Under the pieces are notes generated by a model. It was not told the origin of the DNA. It saw only the letters and a program-made list of their open reading frames with translations, and searched no databases. 19,844 bases of DNA. It comes from Longivirga aurantiaca. Lineage in GTDB: Bacteria > Actinomycetota > Actinomycetes > S36-B12 > CAIYMF01. The DNA lies in NCBI RefSeq assembly GCF_042660085.1, contig NZ_JBHSTI010000031.1:1-19844 (forward strand), in the 5' to 3' direction. Both the position numbers and the translations under genes were made by a program. Of the stretch, positions 7,010 through 16,688 are shown piece after piece; positions within the stretch are counted from its first letter, which is position 1, and every line of letters starts with the position of its first letter.

Positions 7010-7474
7010 ATGTCCGCAGTGGAGGACCGTCTCGCCGAGATCGGGCTCACCGTGCCCGAGGTGGTGCCGCCCGTCGCGGCGTACACCCCGGCCGTGCGCA
7101 CCGGCTCGTACGTCTACGTCTCGGGCCAGCTGCCGATGGTGGCGGGCGCGATGGCGGCCACCGGCAAGGTGGGCGCCGATGTGACCCCGGAGCAGGCCAA
7201 GGAGCTCGCGCAGGCCTCGGCGCTCAACGCCATCGCGGCGCTGAAGTCGGTGATCGGCGACCTCGACAAGGTGACGCGCGTGGTCAAGGTCGTCGGCTTC
7301 GTCGCGTGCGTGCCCGAGTTCACCGGCGCCCCTGGCGTGATCAACGGTGCGAGCGAGCTGTTCGGCACCGCCTTCGGCGAGCGCGGGGTGCACGCGCGGT
7401 CGGCCGTCGGCGTCGCCTCGCTGCCGCTCGACGCCGCGGTCGAGGTCGAGGCGGTCTTCGAGGTCGCCGACTGA
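7010..7474 (+). CDS. ridA: RidA/YjgF/Endoribonuclease L-PSP family protein (Rv3678c-like)
   Basis: This is the C-terminal 154 codons of track ORF 6857..7474, starting at the ATG at 7010 (MSAVEDRLAEIGLTVPE...). The hallmarks YVYVSGQLP and ...ARSAVGVASLPLDAAVEVEAVFEV are typical of the RidA family. It begins 5 nt after the DUF4177 stop. Confidence 0.85.
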   Translation: MSAVEDRLAEIGLTVPEVVPPVAAYTPAVRTGSYVYVSGQLPMVAGAMAATGKVGADVTPEQAKELAQASALNAIAALKSVIGDLDKVTRVVKVVGFVACVPEFTGAPGVINGASELFGTAFGERGVHARSAVGVASLPLDAAVEVEAVFEVAD

Positions 7475-8364
7475 GCGCGGACGAGCTCGCCGGCCTGTCT
7501 CCACGGATCCGCGAGCGGGCCGAGCGCATCGCGCGCGGCGAGCTCGACCCGTCGTCGGTCGTCGCCCGCGACGCCGCGACGATCGCCCTGCTGCGCGACA
7601 CCGACGCCGGCATCGAGGTCTTCCTCATGCGCCGTCAGCGCTCGATGGCCTTCGCCGCCGGGATGCACGTCTACCCCGGCGGTGCTGTCGAGGCGTCCGA
7701 CTCCCGCGTGCCGGTCACCGCGACCACCGACCTTGCCGACGTGGCGCACAGGCTCTCGACCGACGACCCGGTCTCCGTGGTCGCCGCGGCGGCGCGGGAG
7801 ACGTTCGAGGAGTGCGGCGTGCTCATCGCGGTCGACGAGGACGGCCGCCCGGTGGTGCTCGACGACTCCTTCGAGGGCGAGCGGGAGGAGCTCGCCGCGG
7901 GGCGGCTGCTGTTCGCCGACCTCCTGAACGCCCGGGGTCTCCGCGTGGACGGCGAGGCACTTGTGCCCTTCGCGCACTGGGTCACGCCGGAGGCGGAGGA
8001 GCGCCGGTACGACACCCGGTTCCTGGCCGCGCGCCTGCCCGACGGGCAGGACGCCACCGAGCGCGGCGGCGAGGCCGACCGCGTGGCGTGGTGGCGCCCG
8101 GCCGACGCGCTCGCGTCGTTCACCGCGGGCGAGACGGCGATGCTGCCGCCGACGGTCGCCACCCTCGCCGAGCTGGCGCAGCACGCGACGGTCGAGGCTG
8201 CGCTGCCGCGGTTGCGCGCGCTGACCGTCGTACCCCTGCTGCCGGCGCCGTACCTCGACGCCGACGGCGCTCTCGCCTGGCACCTCGTGCACGACCGCAC
8301 CCGCGAGCCGATCGCGCCCGTCGCCGAGCCGCACGCCAGCGAGACCGACGGGGTCGGGCCGTGA
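7471..8364 (+). CDS. NUDIX-fold hydrolase-like protein with non-canonical Nudix box; start codon unresolved
   Basis: Track ORF 7306..8364. The conserved part begins around DAATIALLRDTDAGIEVFLMRRQRSMAFAAGMHVYPGGAVE and includes AAARETFEECGVL (RE-x2-EE-x-GU). In this frame there is no ATG, GTG or TTG between the GTG at 7306 (169 nt inside ridA) and the ATG at 7627 (inside the fold). I place a provisional start at the CTG at 7471, which overlaps the ridA stop (CTGA). The end is firm; the start is not. Confidence 0.6.
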   Translation: MSADELAGLSPRIRERAERIARGELDPSSVVARDAATIALLRDTDAGIEVFLMRRQRSMAFAAGMHVYPGGAVEASDSRVPVTATTDLADVAHRLSTDDPVSVVAAAARETFEECGVLIAVDEDGRPVVLDDSFEGEREELAAGRLLFADLLNARGLRVDGEALVPFAHWVTPEAEERRYDTRFLAARLPDGQDATERGGEADRVAWWRPADALASFTAGETAMLPPTVATLAELAQHATVEAALPRLRALTVVPLLPAPYLDADGALAWHLVHDRTREPIAPVAEPHASETDGVGP

Positions 8365-9173
8365 GCGGCCTGGTCGTGCCGCTCGGCGGCGACGGCCCGT
8401 GGGCCGGAGGGGTTGTGACCCCTTCAGCCGTCTGCGTTCTCGCGGGCAACCCCGGGCCGATGACGCTCGACGGCACCAACACCTGGGTGCTGCGTGTGCC
8501 GGGCGAAGCGCTGGCTCTCGTCGTCGACCCCGGCCCGGCGCTGCCCGCCCACCTCGACGCGATCGAGGCCGCGCTCGACGGCGCCCGCGTGCTGCGCGTG
8601 CTGCTGACCCACGGGCACCCCGACCACGCCGAGGGCGCCGCCGACTTCGCCGCCCGCGTGCACGCTCCGGTCGCCGCGCTCGACCCTGCGCACCGCCTCG
8701 GCGACGAGGGCGTCGTGGACGGCGACGTGGTGGTGGCCGGCAGCCTCGAGGTGGCGGTCGTCGGCACCCCGGGGCACACGGCCGACTCGCTGTCGTTCCA
8801 CCTGCGCAACGACGCCGCCCTCATCACCGGCGACACCGTGCTCGGCCGCGGCACCACGGTGGTCGCCCACCCCGACGGCCGCCTCGCCGACTACTTCCAC
8901 TCGCTGCACCGCCTGCGCGCGCTGGCCGAGGAGACGGCGGCGTCGCACGTGCTCCCGGGCCACGGCCCGGCCCTCGCCGACACCGTCGCCGCGGTGACGG
9001 CGTACGAGCAGCACCGGCACGCCCGCCTCGACCAGGTGCGCGCCGCGCTCGCTGCCGGTGCCGTCACCGCCGACGACGTGGTCGAGGCGGTGTACGCCGA
9101 CGTGCCGCGCGAGGTGTGGCCGGCCGCCCGGCTCAGCGTCCAGGCCCAGCTCGCCTACCTCGACCGCGACTGA
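8361..9173 (+). CDS. Metallo-beta-lactamase-fold hydrolase (Rv3677c-like)
   Basis: This is the C-terminal 270 codons of track ORF 7347..9173. It has NPGPMTLDGTNTWVL, the H-x-H-x-D-H motif LLTHGHPDHAEGA, GTPGHTADSLSF and LPGHGP. The GTG at 8361 overlaps the preceding stop (GTGA). GTGs at 8376 and 8415 are alternative starts. Confidence 0.85.
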   Translation: MSGLVVPLGGDGPWAGGVVTPSAVCVLAGNPGPMTLDGTNTWVLRVPGEALALVVDPGPALPAHLDAIEAALDGARVLRVLLTHGHPDHAEGAADFAARVHAPVAALDPAHRLGDEGVVDGDVVVAGSLEVAVVGTPGHTADSLSFHLRNDAALITGDTVLGRGTTVVAHPDGRLADYFHSLHRLRALAEETAASHVLPGHGPALADTVAAVTAYEQHRHARLDQVRAALAAGAVTADDVVEAVYADVPREVWPAARLSVQAQLAYLDRD

Positions 9174-9227
9174 CACGCGGGCCCGCCGGGGTCGACACGC
9201 GCTGGAGACGACGCGATCGGACCCGGA

Positions 9228-9650
9228 TCAGTCGTCGAGGAGGGCGGCGCGCAGCACGCGGTGCTCGTCGGCGCCCAGGGTGCCGGCGGCGAGGGCGTGG
9301 TCGAGGGCGGCGAGGCGCTCCTGCACCGTCCGGGAGTCCGGGATCGGGGCGCCGGCGGACGTCGCGCTGTCCGGCACCGACGGCGTCGCAGCGTCCGGGG
9401 CAGCGGGTGCCAGGCCGGCGGCTGGCGGCAGCAGCGGGTCGAGGGGTACGTCGTCGACGCGCCCACGGCGGCGGCGGCGCGAGCGGGCACGGGGCTCCAC
9501 GACCTCGTCGCTCACCTTCGCGGTGCTGAGGCGGTAGAACCACCAGACGACGCCGATGGCGAGCGCCAGCACCACCACGCCGATGACCGACGGCGGCACG
9601 CCGGGCTGGTCCGCCGGGGCGACCTCGGCGAGCACGCTCAGGTGGTGCAT
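9228..9650 (-). CDS. Small single-pass membrane protein with SHOCT-like C-terminal helix pair
   Basis: Track ORF 140 aa with one TM segment (VIGVVVLALAIGVVWWFY), then an Arg-rich stretch and a Pro/Ala linker. The C-terminus ERLAALDHALAAGTLGADEHRVLRAALLDD fits the SHOCT pattern L..L....G.l...E.....LL. GAGGAG lies just upstream of the ATG. Confidence 0.55.
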   Translation of the reverse strand: MHHLSVLAEVAPADQPGVPPSVIGVVVLALAIGVVWWFYRLSTAKVSDEVVEPRARSRRRRRGRVDDVPLDPLLPPAAGLAPAAPDAATPSVPDSATSAGAPIPDSRTVQERLAALDHALAAGTLGADEHRVLRAALLDD

Positions 9651-9759
9651 GGCTCCTCGTTCCTGGACCGGTCTGCCGCTGCCCGCAAGGCTAGTGCGGC
9701 GACGGCGCAGGATCAGGTGGACCGGAGCGCCCGCAGCACGAGCTCTGAACCGGGAGAGG

Positions 9760-10656
9760 TCAGAAGGGCTGGCAGACCACGCTGGACACGCGCACCATCG
9801 TCGCGCCGTTCGCGGGGATCACGGCGCGCACCGTGACCGCCTTGCCCGACTTCACGTTCCGAGCCCCCACCACGTCGCTGCCGAGCCTGTTGCCCGACGG
9901 GCCGGCGAACAGCACGAGCGCGCTCAGCCGCTTGCAGGTCGACTTGGCCGCGAGCTGCAGCGCTTGGCAGCTGCCGCCGTCGGCGCAGGACGTGGTGAGC
10001 TTGAAGCCACCGATGTCGCCGACCGGCGTGAACCCGCGCGGCAGCTCGCCCTTGGGCGCGGCGGACTCCAGCGCCGCGGCCACGACCGACGCCGTCGCCG
10101 CCGGCTTGTTGTCCGGGCCGAAGATGCGGAACGCGGTCAGCGCGATCACGCCGACCACCGTGAGCACCAGCAGCGCGATGAGCCAGCCCTTGCCGCGGCC
10201 TGAGCTGACGATGACAGGGGTGTGCTCCGGGCCGGCGAAGCCGGCGCGCCCCGGGGCCGACACACCGCCGAAGCGGGAGACGCCGCCGCCGGCAGGCTCA
10301 GGCGTGGCGTGCAGGAACGACGAGCCGCCGCCCGCACCCGCTGGTGACGATGCTGTGGCGCCCGCGAAGGCGAGCTCGGGCACGAAGGCCTGCTCGGAGA
10401 GGAAGGAGTCGGGCACGAAGGTCTGCTGGGCGGGTGCCTCAGGGGCGCGGTCCTCGTGCGGGAGGGGGTGGCGTGGGTCGGGTGTGCCGGGCCGCAGCGG
10501 CTCGGCGGGTGCCGGGGCCGCAGCCTCGGGTGCGGACGGCGCGACCGCGGGCTCGGGCGCCACGTGCTGGGTCCAGGCAGCGCCGTCCCACCACCGGGTC
10601 TGCCCGGTCCCGTCGTCGTACCACCCCGCGCCGGGCACCTGCTCCTCCGTGGTCAT
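9760..10656 (-). CDS. DUF2510 domain membrane protein with Cys-containing extracytoplasmic C-terminal domain
   Basis: This is the last 298 codons of the artefactual 1002-aa track ORF 9760..12768. The ATG at 10656 (MTTEEQVPGAGWYDDGTGQTRWWDGAAWTQH) carries the DUF2510 GWY-x-D...WWDG-x-x-WT signature. A long Pro/Ala-rich linker follows, then one TM segment (GWLIALLVLTVVGVIALTAF). The C-terminal domain of about 125 aa has 4 Cys. An alternative ATG lies at 10695. Confidence 0.7.
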   Translation of the reverse strand: MTTEEQVPGAGWYDDGTGQTRWWDGAAWTQHVAPEPAVAPSAPEAAAPAPAEPLRPGTPDPRHPLPHEDRAPEAPAQQTFVPDSFLSEQAFVPELAFAGATASSPAGAGGGSSFLHATPEPAGGGVSRFGGVSAPGRAGFAGPEHTPVIVSSGRGKGWLIALLVLTVVGVIALTAFRIFGPDNKPAATASVVAAALESAAPKGELPRGFTPVGDIGGFKLTTSCADGGSCQALQLAAKSTCKRLSALVLFAGPSGNRLGSDVVGARNVKSGKAVTVRAVIPANGATMVRVSSVVCQPF

Positions 10657-10672
10657 GAGACCCCCGTCCACG

Positions 10673-10691
10673 GGCACGCCGACGGCGTGCC
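10673..10691 (-). other. Perfect GC-rich hairpin between the GH13 gene and the DUF2510 gene
   Basis: GGCACGCC-gac-GGCGTGCC has an 8-bp perfect stem and a 3-nt loop, 16 nt upstream of the DUF2510 ATG and 106 nt downstream of the GH13 stop. There is no U-tract. It could be a terminator/attenuator or a 5'-UTR element. Confidence 0.3.
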
Positions 10692-10796
10692 TCATCAGGG
10701 ATCTCGGCACGGAGAGTGACAGGCTTGAGGCCGGGGGCCGGTCCGACGCGGGGGGCCGAGCACGCAGAGCCGCCCGGAGCGCCCGCCGGCGCCGCC

Positions 10797-12989
<2,193 letters not shown>

Positions 12990-12996
12990 CGAAGGG

Positions 12997-13671
12997 CTAC
13001 CGGGCGCGTCGCTGCAGACGCTCGACGTCGAGCAGCACGACCGAGCGCGACTCGAGGCGCAGCCACCCGCGCGAGGCGAAGTCGGCGAGCGCCTTGTTGA
13101 CCGTCTCGCGCGAGGCGCCGACGAGCTGGGCGAGCTCCTCCTGCGTCATGTCGTGCGTGACGTGGAGGCCGTCCGGCATGGACTGCCCGAAGCGCTCGCC
13201 GAGGTCGAGCAGCGCCTTGGCGACACGGCCGGGGACGTCGGAGAACACCAGGTCGGAGAGCGCCTCGTTCGTACGGCGCAGGCGCTGGGCCAGCGCGCGG
13301 AGCAGCGACTCGGCCACCTCGGGGCGGCCGGTGAGCCAGGGGCGCAGCGCGGTGTGGCCGAGGCCGAGCACGGTGGCGTCGGTCAGCGCGGTGGCGGTGG
13401 CCGTGCGGGGGCCCGGGTCGAACAGCGAGAGCTCGCCGAACATCTCGCCCTCGCCCATGACGGCGAGGAGGGTCTCGCGGCCGTCGGGTGCCGCGTGGCC
13501 GAGCTTGATCTTGCCGTCGGTGACGACGTAGAGCCGGTCGCCGGGGTCGCCCTCGGAGAAGAGGACGTCGCCCTTGAGCATGCGGCGCTCGTCCATGGAG
13601 GCCTTCAGCGCAGCCGCCGCCTCGATGTCGAGTGCGGCGAACAGCGGCGCGCTCATGAGCACGTCGTCCAC
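12997..13671 (-). CDS. crp: cAMP receptor protein, Crp/Fnr family transcriptional regulator (Rv3676/GlxR orthologue)
   Basis: Track ORF 224 aa. It appears near-colinear with my recollection of M. tuberculosis Crp: [29 protein letters not shown]...[14 protein letters not shown], then [13 protein letters not shown] and the [39 protein letters not shown], ending ERLQRRAR. It has a GTG start at 13671 with GGGAGGA 5 nt upstream. Confidence 0.95.
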   Translation of the reverse strand: MDDVLMSAPLFAALDIEAAAALKASMDERRMLKGDVLFSEGDPGDRLYVVTDGKIKLGHAAPDGRETLLAVMGEGEMFGELSLFDPGPRTATATALTDATVLGLGHTALRPWLTGRPEVAESLLRALAQRLRRTNEALSDLVFSDVPGRVAKALLDLGERFGQSMPDGLHVTHDMTQEELAQLVGASRETVNKALADFASRGWLRLESRSVVLLDVERLQRRAR

Positions 13672-13848
13672 GCGGGTCCTCCCTGCAGCACCGGGCGATG
13701 GGCCGCCCAGGATCCGTCACCGCCGGCAGGCGCACCGGCGGCGTGCACAGTCTGTCGCATCCGGGGCCTGCTGCGGACGGTGACTCGCATGCGACTTCGC
13801 GAACTCTCGCGCGGGTGTCCCCCGACCGGTCGGTCGTGGGCCCGGCGG

Positions 13849-14451
13849 TCACTGCAGGACGGTGCGGCCGAGCGGGTCGCCGGGAAGGGTCTGCAGGGCG
13901 AGCAGGGGCTGCTCGCGGTAGCGCGCGATGAGCTCGCGCGTGATGTGCTCCGCGCGGCTCAGCACCTCGTCGCGGTAGGCGTCGAGGTCGGTGGCCGCCG
14001 TCTCGAGGTCGGTGGCGAGGCACGCCACGGCGGGCTCGTCCGAGGCGTCGACCCGCCTGCTCCACACCTCCGCCAGGTCCGGGAGCGGCGCGAGGTCGCC
14101 CACGGTGCTGACGTCGAGGTGCTCGAGCCGGTCGAGCGCCGTGTCGGCCTCCTGCAGGACACCGGTCAGGTCGGCCACCGGCTCGCGGTCGGTGGCGCCG
14201 GAGCGGACGGCGTCCAGGCGCCCCGTGACGATGCGTCGCCAGTACGCGACCTTGGTCTCCTCGTCGCCGAGCCGGGCGCGCAGCTCGCGCAGCTGGTCCA
14301 GGCCGAGGTGGTCGTAGGCGTGGTCGCGCTCGGGCGGCGGGATGGCAGCGCGGGCGGCCTTGCGGGCCGCTCGCCGGGCCTTCGCGTCCTCGGCGCGCGC
14401 CAGTGCGGCGTCCGCCGCGTCCTGCGAGCCGTCGAGAAGATCGTTGCTCAT
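13849..14451 (-). CDS. All-helical coiled-coil protein, RsiG-like (putative anti-sigma / c-di-GMP-motif family), 200 aa
   Basis: Track ORF 13849..14541 trimmed to the ATG at 14451 (MSNDLLDG...), which has GAGG 5 nt upstream. The 30-codon GTG extension runs through palindromic, poorly biased sequence. The segment LGLDQLRELRARLGDEETKVAYWRRIVTGRLDAV aligns to the RsiG motif E-x3-S-x2-R-x3-Q-x3-D as E65-x3-A69-x2-R72-x3-T76-x3-D80. There is no TM segment. The family assignment is from memory of the RsiG helix (..DLSYVRRLLQGRIDIL..). Confidence 0.45.
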   Translation of the reverse strand: MSNDLLDGSQDAADAALARAEDAKARRAARKAARAAIPPPERDHAYDHLGLDQLRELRARLGDEETKVAYWRRIVTGRLDAVRSGATDREPVADLTGVLQEADTALDRLEHLDVSTVGDLAPLPDLAEVWSRRVDASDEPAVACLATDLETAATDLDAYRDEVLSRAEHITRELIARYREQPLLALQTLPGDPLGRTVLQ

Positions 14452-14560
14452 ATGTGCCTCGTACCCCCGTGTCGGGAACGCGTGTTTCCCCTCCCCGGAG
14501 GGGACGGTACGCCCTCGGGGCCCACGTTGTGCTACCGCCACGTCACTCTCTGGGCACGTT

Positions 14561-14589
14561 CACGGGGGGTGACGTGATCACCCCCCGTG
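14561..14589. promoter_or_regulatory. 12-bp-arm perfect inverted repeat in the rsiG-like/nth divergent intergenic region
   Basis: CACGGGGGGTGA-cgtga-TCACCCCCCGTG. It is flanked by a direct GTTCACG repeat (14558-14564 and 14589-14595). It could be an operator or a very stable RNA hairpin. Confidence 0.5.
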
Positions 14590-14621
14590 TTCACGCTCCC
14601 AGCACGGAGAGCGACGGCCGG

Positions 14622-14650
14622 GCGTCCGGACGGCGTCGCCGTCCGGACGC
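14622..14650. promoter_or_regulatory. 29-nt palindrome made of two copies of the 10-bp palindrome CGTCCGGACG, 31 nt upstream of nth
   Basis: GCGTCCGGACGGCG-t-CGCCGTCCGGACGC. CGTCCGGACG occurs at 14623-14632 and 14640-14649, 17 bp centre to centre. A TANNNT-type hexamer TACCCT lies at 14666-14671, so the second copy would fall near a -35 position. Confidence 0.5.
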
Positions 14651-14680
14651 GACGGTGCTGCCACGTACCCTGGACGGACC

Positions 14681-15424
14681 ATGCCCGCCTCGTCCGCCGC
14701 CGCGCCGCTCCCTGCGAGCACGCCCACCGGCGAGACCCGCACCGCGCTCGTCCGCCGGGCCCGGCGGATCGACCGGGTGCTGGCGGAGACCTACCCCGAC
14801 GCCCACTGCGAGCTCGACTTCACCACGCCGCTCGAGCTGCTCGTGGCCACGATCCTGTCGGCGCAATCCACCGACCGCCGGGTGAACGGCGTGACGCCGG
14901 CCCTGTTCGCCCGCTTCCCGGACGCTGCGGCGTACGCCTCGGCCGACCGCGACGTGATCGAGGAGATCATCCGCCCGACCGGCTTCTTCCGCGCCAAGAC
15001 CTCCTCGCTCATCGGCCTCGGTCAGGCGCTGTGCGAGCGGTACGACGGCGAGGTGCCCGGACGGCTGAAGGACCTCGTCACGCTGCCGGGTGTCGGCCGC
15101 AAGACCGCGAACGTCGTCCTCGGCAACGCGTTCGGCGTCCCGGGCATCACGGTCGACACCCACCTCGGCCGCCTCGCGCGCCGGTTCGGGTGGACCGTCG
15201 AGACCGACCCCGACAAGGTCGAGGCCGAGATCGCCACGCTCATCCCGAAGCGCGACTGGACGATGATGAGCCACCGCGTGATCTTCCACGGACGGCGCTG
15301 CTGCCACGCCCGCAAGCCCGCGTGCGGCGCGTGCCCGCTGGCGCGGCTGTGCCCGGCGTACGGCGAGGGCCCCACCGACCCCGTCGAGGCCGCGAAGCTC
15401 GTGACCACCGAGGGGCGCGCATGA
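14681..15424 (+). CDS. nth: Endonuclease III (DNA-(apurinic or apyrimidinic site) lyase / glycosylase)
   Basis: Track ORF 247 aa with an HhH-GPD core ([38 protein letters not shown]). The C-terminal [4Fe-4S] ligand pattern is C-x6-C-x2-C-x5-C ([17 protein letters not shown]). Confidence 0.95.
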   Translation: MPASSAAAPLPASTPTGETRTALVRRARRIDRVLAETYPDAHCELDFTTPLELLVATILSAQSTDRRVNGVTPALFARFPDAAAYASADRDVIEEIIRPTGFFRAKTSSLIGLGQALCERYDGEVPGRLKDLVTLPGVGRKTANVVLGNAFGVPGITVDTHLGRLARRFGWTVETDPDKVEAEIATLIPKRDWTMMSHRVIFHGRRCCHARKPACGACPLARLCPAYGEGPTDPVEAAKLVTTEGRA

Positions 15425-16056
15425 GGCCGGCCGTCCGGGGGCTGGCGCTGCTGGCTGCGGCAGTGCTGCTCGCCGGGTGCAGCGGGCCGTCCGACGCCGG
15501 CGGGCGCGTCACGCCGGCTCCGGGCTCCTCGACCGGCTCGGTCGGAGGGCCCGCGCCGTCGGCCCCGGCCGACCTCGTCGCCGCTGCCGACCTCGCCGAC
15601 TGCCCGGCGACCGACCCCGACGCGTCGCCCCGCGACGACGGTCTCCCCGACCTCACGCTGCCGTGCCTCGGCGACGGCCCCGAGGTGCGCCTCGCGGGGC
15701 TGCGCGGCACCCCGACGGTCATCAACCTGTGGGCCTCCTGGTGCACGCCGTGCCGCGACGAGCTCCCGCTGTTCGCGGATCTCGCCGCCACGGGGAAGGT
15801 GCGCGTCGTCGGCATCTCGGTGCAGGACGACCCCGGCGCGTCCCTGTCGCTGCTCGCCGACGTCGACGTCCACTACGCGTCGGTCATGGACTACGACGGC
15901 GTCACGAAGGCGGCCCTGCGCTGGGTCGGGCTGCCGATGACGCTGTTCGTGTCCGCGGACGGGGTGGTCACGCACGTCGAGCGCGGCCAGATCACCACGG
16001 CCGAGCAGCTCGACTCGCTCGTCGCCCAGACGCTCGGCGTCGTGGTGACCACGTGA
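15421..16056 (+). CDS. TlpA/ResA-like thioredoxin-fold lipoprotein (Rv3673c-like)
   Basis: This is the last 211 codons of track ORF 14587..16056. Its ATG overlaps the nth stop (ATGA at 15421-15424). It has a signal peptide with lipobox [20 protein letters not shown] and the thioredoxin active site [15 protein letters not shown]. Confidence 0.9.
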   Translation: MRPAVRGLALLAAAVLLAGCSGPSDAGGRVTPAPGSSTGSVGGPAPSAPADLVAAADLADCPATDPDASPRDDGLPDLTLPCLGDGPEVRLAGLRGTPTVINLWASWCTPCRDELPLFADLAATGKVRVVGISVQDDPGASLSLLADVDVHYASVMDYDGVTKAALRWVGLPMTLFVSADGVVTHVERGQITTAEQLDSLVAQTLGVVVTT

Positions 16057-16688
16057 TCCCCGCCGACCTCCCGGAGTGGCTGCGCCCCGTCGCCGAGGGG
16101 GCCGCAGCCATCCGCGGCGAGCAGCTGTCGCGCTGGCTGCCGCCCCCCGAGGGCGGACGGCAGTCGGCCGTCCTCGTGCTCTTCGGCGAGGGTGACGACG
16201 GGCCCGACCTGCTGCTCATCGAGCGGTCGTCGACCATGAACAGCCATGCGGGTCAGCCCGCGTTCCCCGGCGGTGCGGTCGACGACACGGACGCCGACGT
16301 CATCGCGGCCGCCCTGCGCGAGGCCGAGGAGGAGACGGGGCTCGACCCCGCGGGTGTGCACGTCCTCGCGACGCTGCCCGAGCTCTACCTGCCTCCGAGC
16401 GGCTTCGTCGTCACCCCCGTCATCGGCTGGTGGCGTGCGCCGTCGCCGGTGCGCGTGGTCGACCGCGGTGAGGTGGAGCGGGTCGAGCGCGTCCCGCTCG
16501 CGGAGCTGCTCGACCCGGCCAACCGCTACTCCGTGCGGCACCCGTCGGGCTACGTGGGCCCGGCGTTCGGAGTCCGCGGTCTCGTGGTCTGGGGCTTCAC
16601 GGCCGGCTTGCTGTCGCGTCTGTTCGCGCTCGTCGGCTGGGAGCAGCCGTGGGACGAGGACGACGTGCGGGAGCTGGGGCACTGGTGA
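16053..16688 (+). CDS. NUDIX hydrolase, CoA-pyrophosphatase-like (Rv3672c-like)
   Basis: This is the last 211 codons of track ORF 15477..16688. Its GTG at 16053 overlaps the tlpA-like stop (GTGA). It has a CoA-pyrophosphatase-type signature LLLIERSSTMNSHAGQPAFPGG followed by the Nudix box ...AAALREAEEETGL. Confidence 0.85.
   Translation: MIPADLPEWLRPVAEGAAAIRGEQLSRWLPPPEGGRQSAVLVLFGEGDDGPDLLLIERSSTMNSHAGQPAFPGGAVDDTDADVIAAALREAEEETGLDPAGVHVLATLPELYLPPSGFVVTPVIGWWRAPSPVRVVDRGEVERVERVPLAELLDPANRYSVRHPSGYVGPAFGVRGLVVWGFTAGLLSRLFALVGWEQPWDEDDVRELGHW

Noticed and set aside
7440-7474. Programmed -1 frameshift fusing RidA to the downstream NUDIX-like protein
   Set aside because: The frame relationship (-1) would permit it. 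However, the last 35 nt of ridA (gcggtcgaggtcgaggcggtcttcgaggtcgccgactga) contain no X_XXY_YYZ slippery heptamer, and no downstream pseudoknot is evident.
14452-14577. 41-codon ORF (MCLVPPCRERVFPLPGGDG...) on the plus strand in the rsiG-like/nth spacer
   Set aside because: It is composed almost entirely of the palindromic elements. It has poor codon bias and no SD, and is better explained as regulatory or structured DNA.
14561-14589. The GGTGA-cgtga-TCACC core could be a CRP/GlxR box next to crp
   Set aside because: The half-sites are separated by 5 nt, not the 6 nt of TGTGA-N6-TCACA. The flanking positions are G/C rather than T/A. The 12-bp G/C-rich arms extend far beyond a CRP box. I therefore cannot call it a CRP site; it is reported as a palindrome of unknown function.
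14561-14589. C6/G6 runs reminiscent of the actinobacterial 6C sRNA
   Set aside because: In 6C RNA the C-runs sit in hairpin loops of two adjacent stem-loops. Here the C6 run is base-paired with a G6 run in a single stem, so the architecture does not match.
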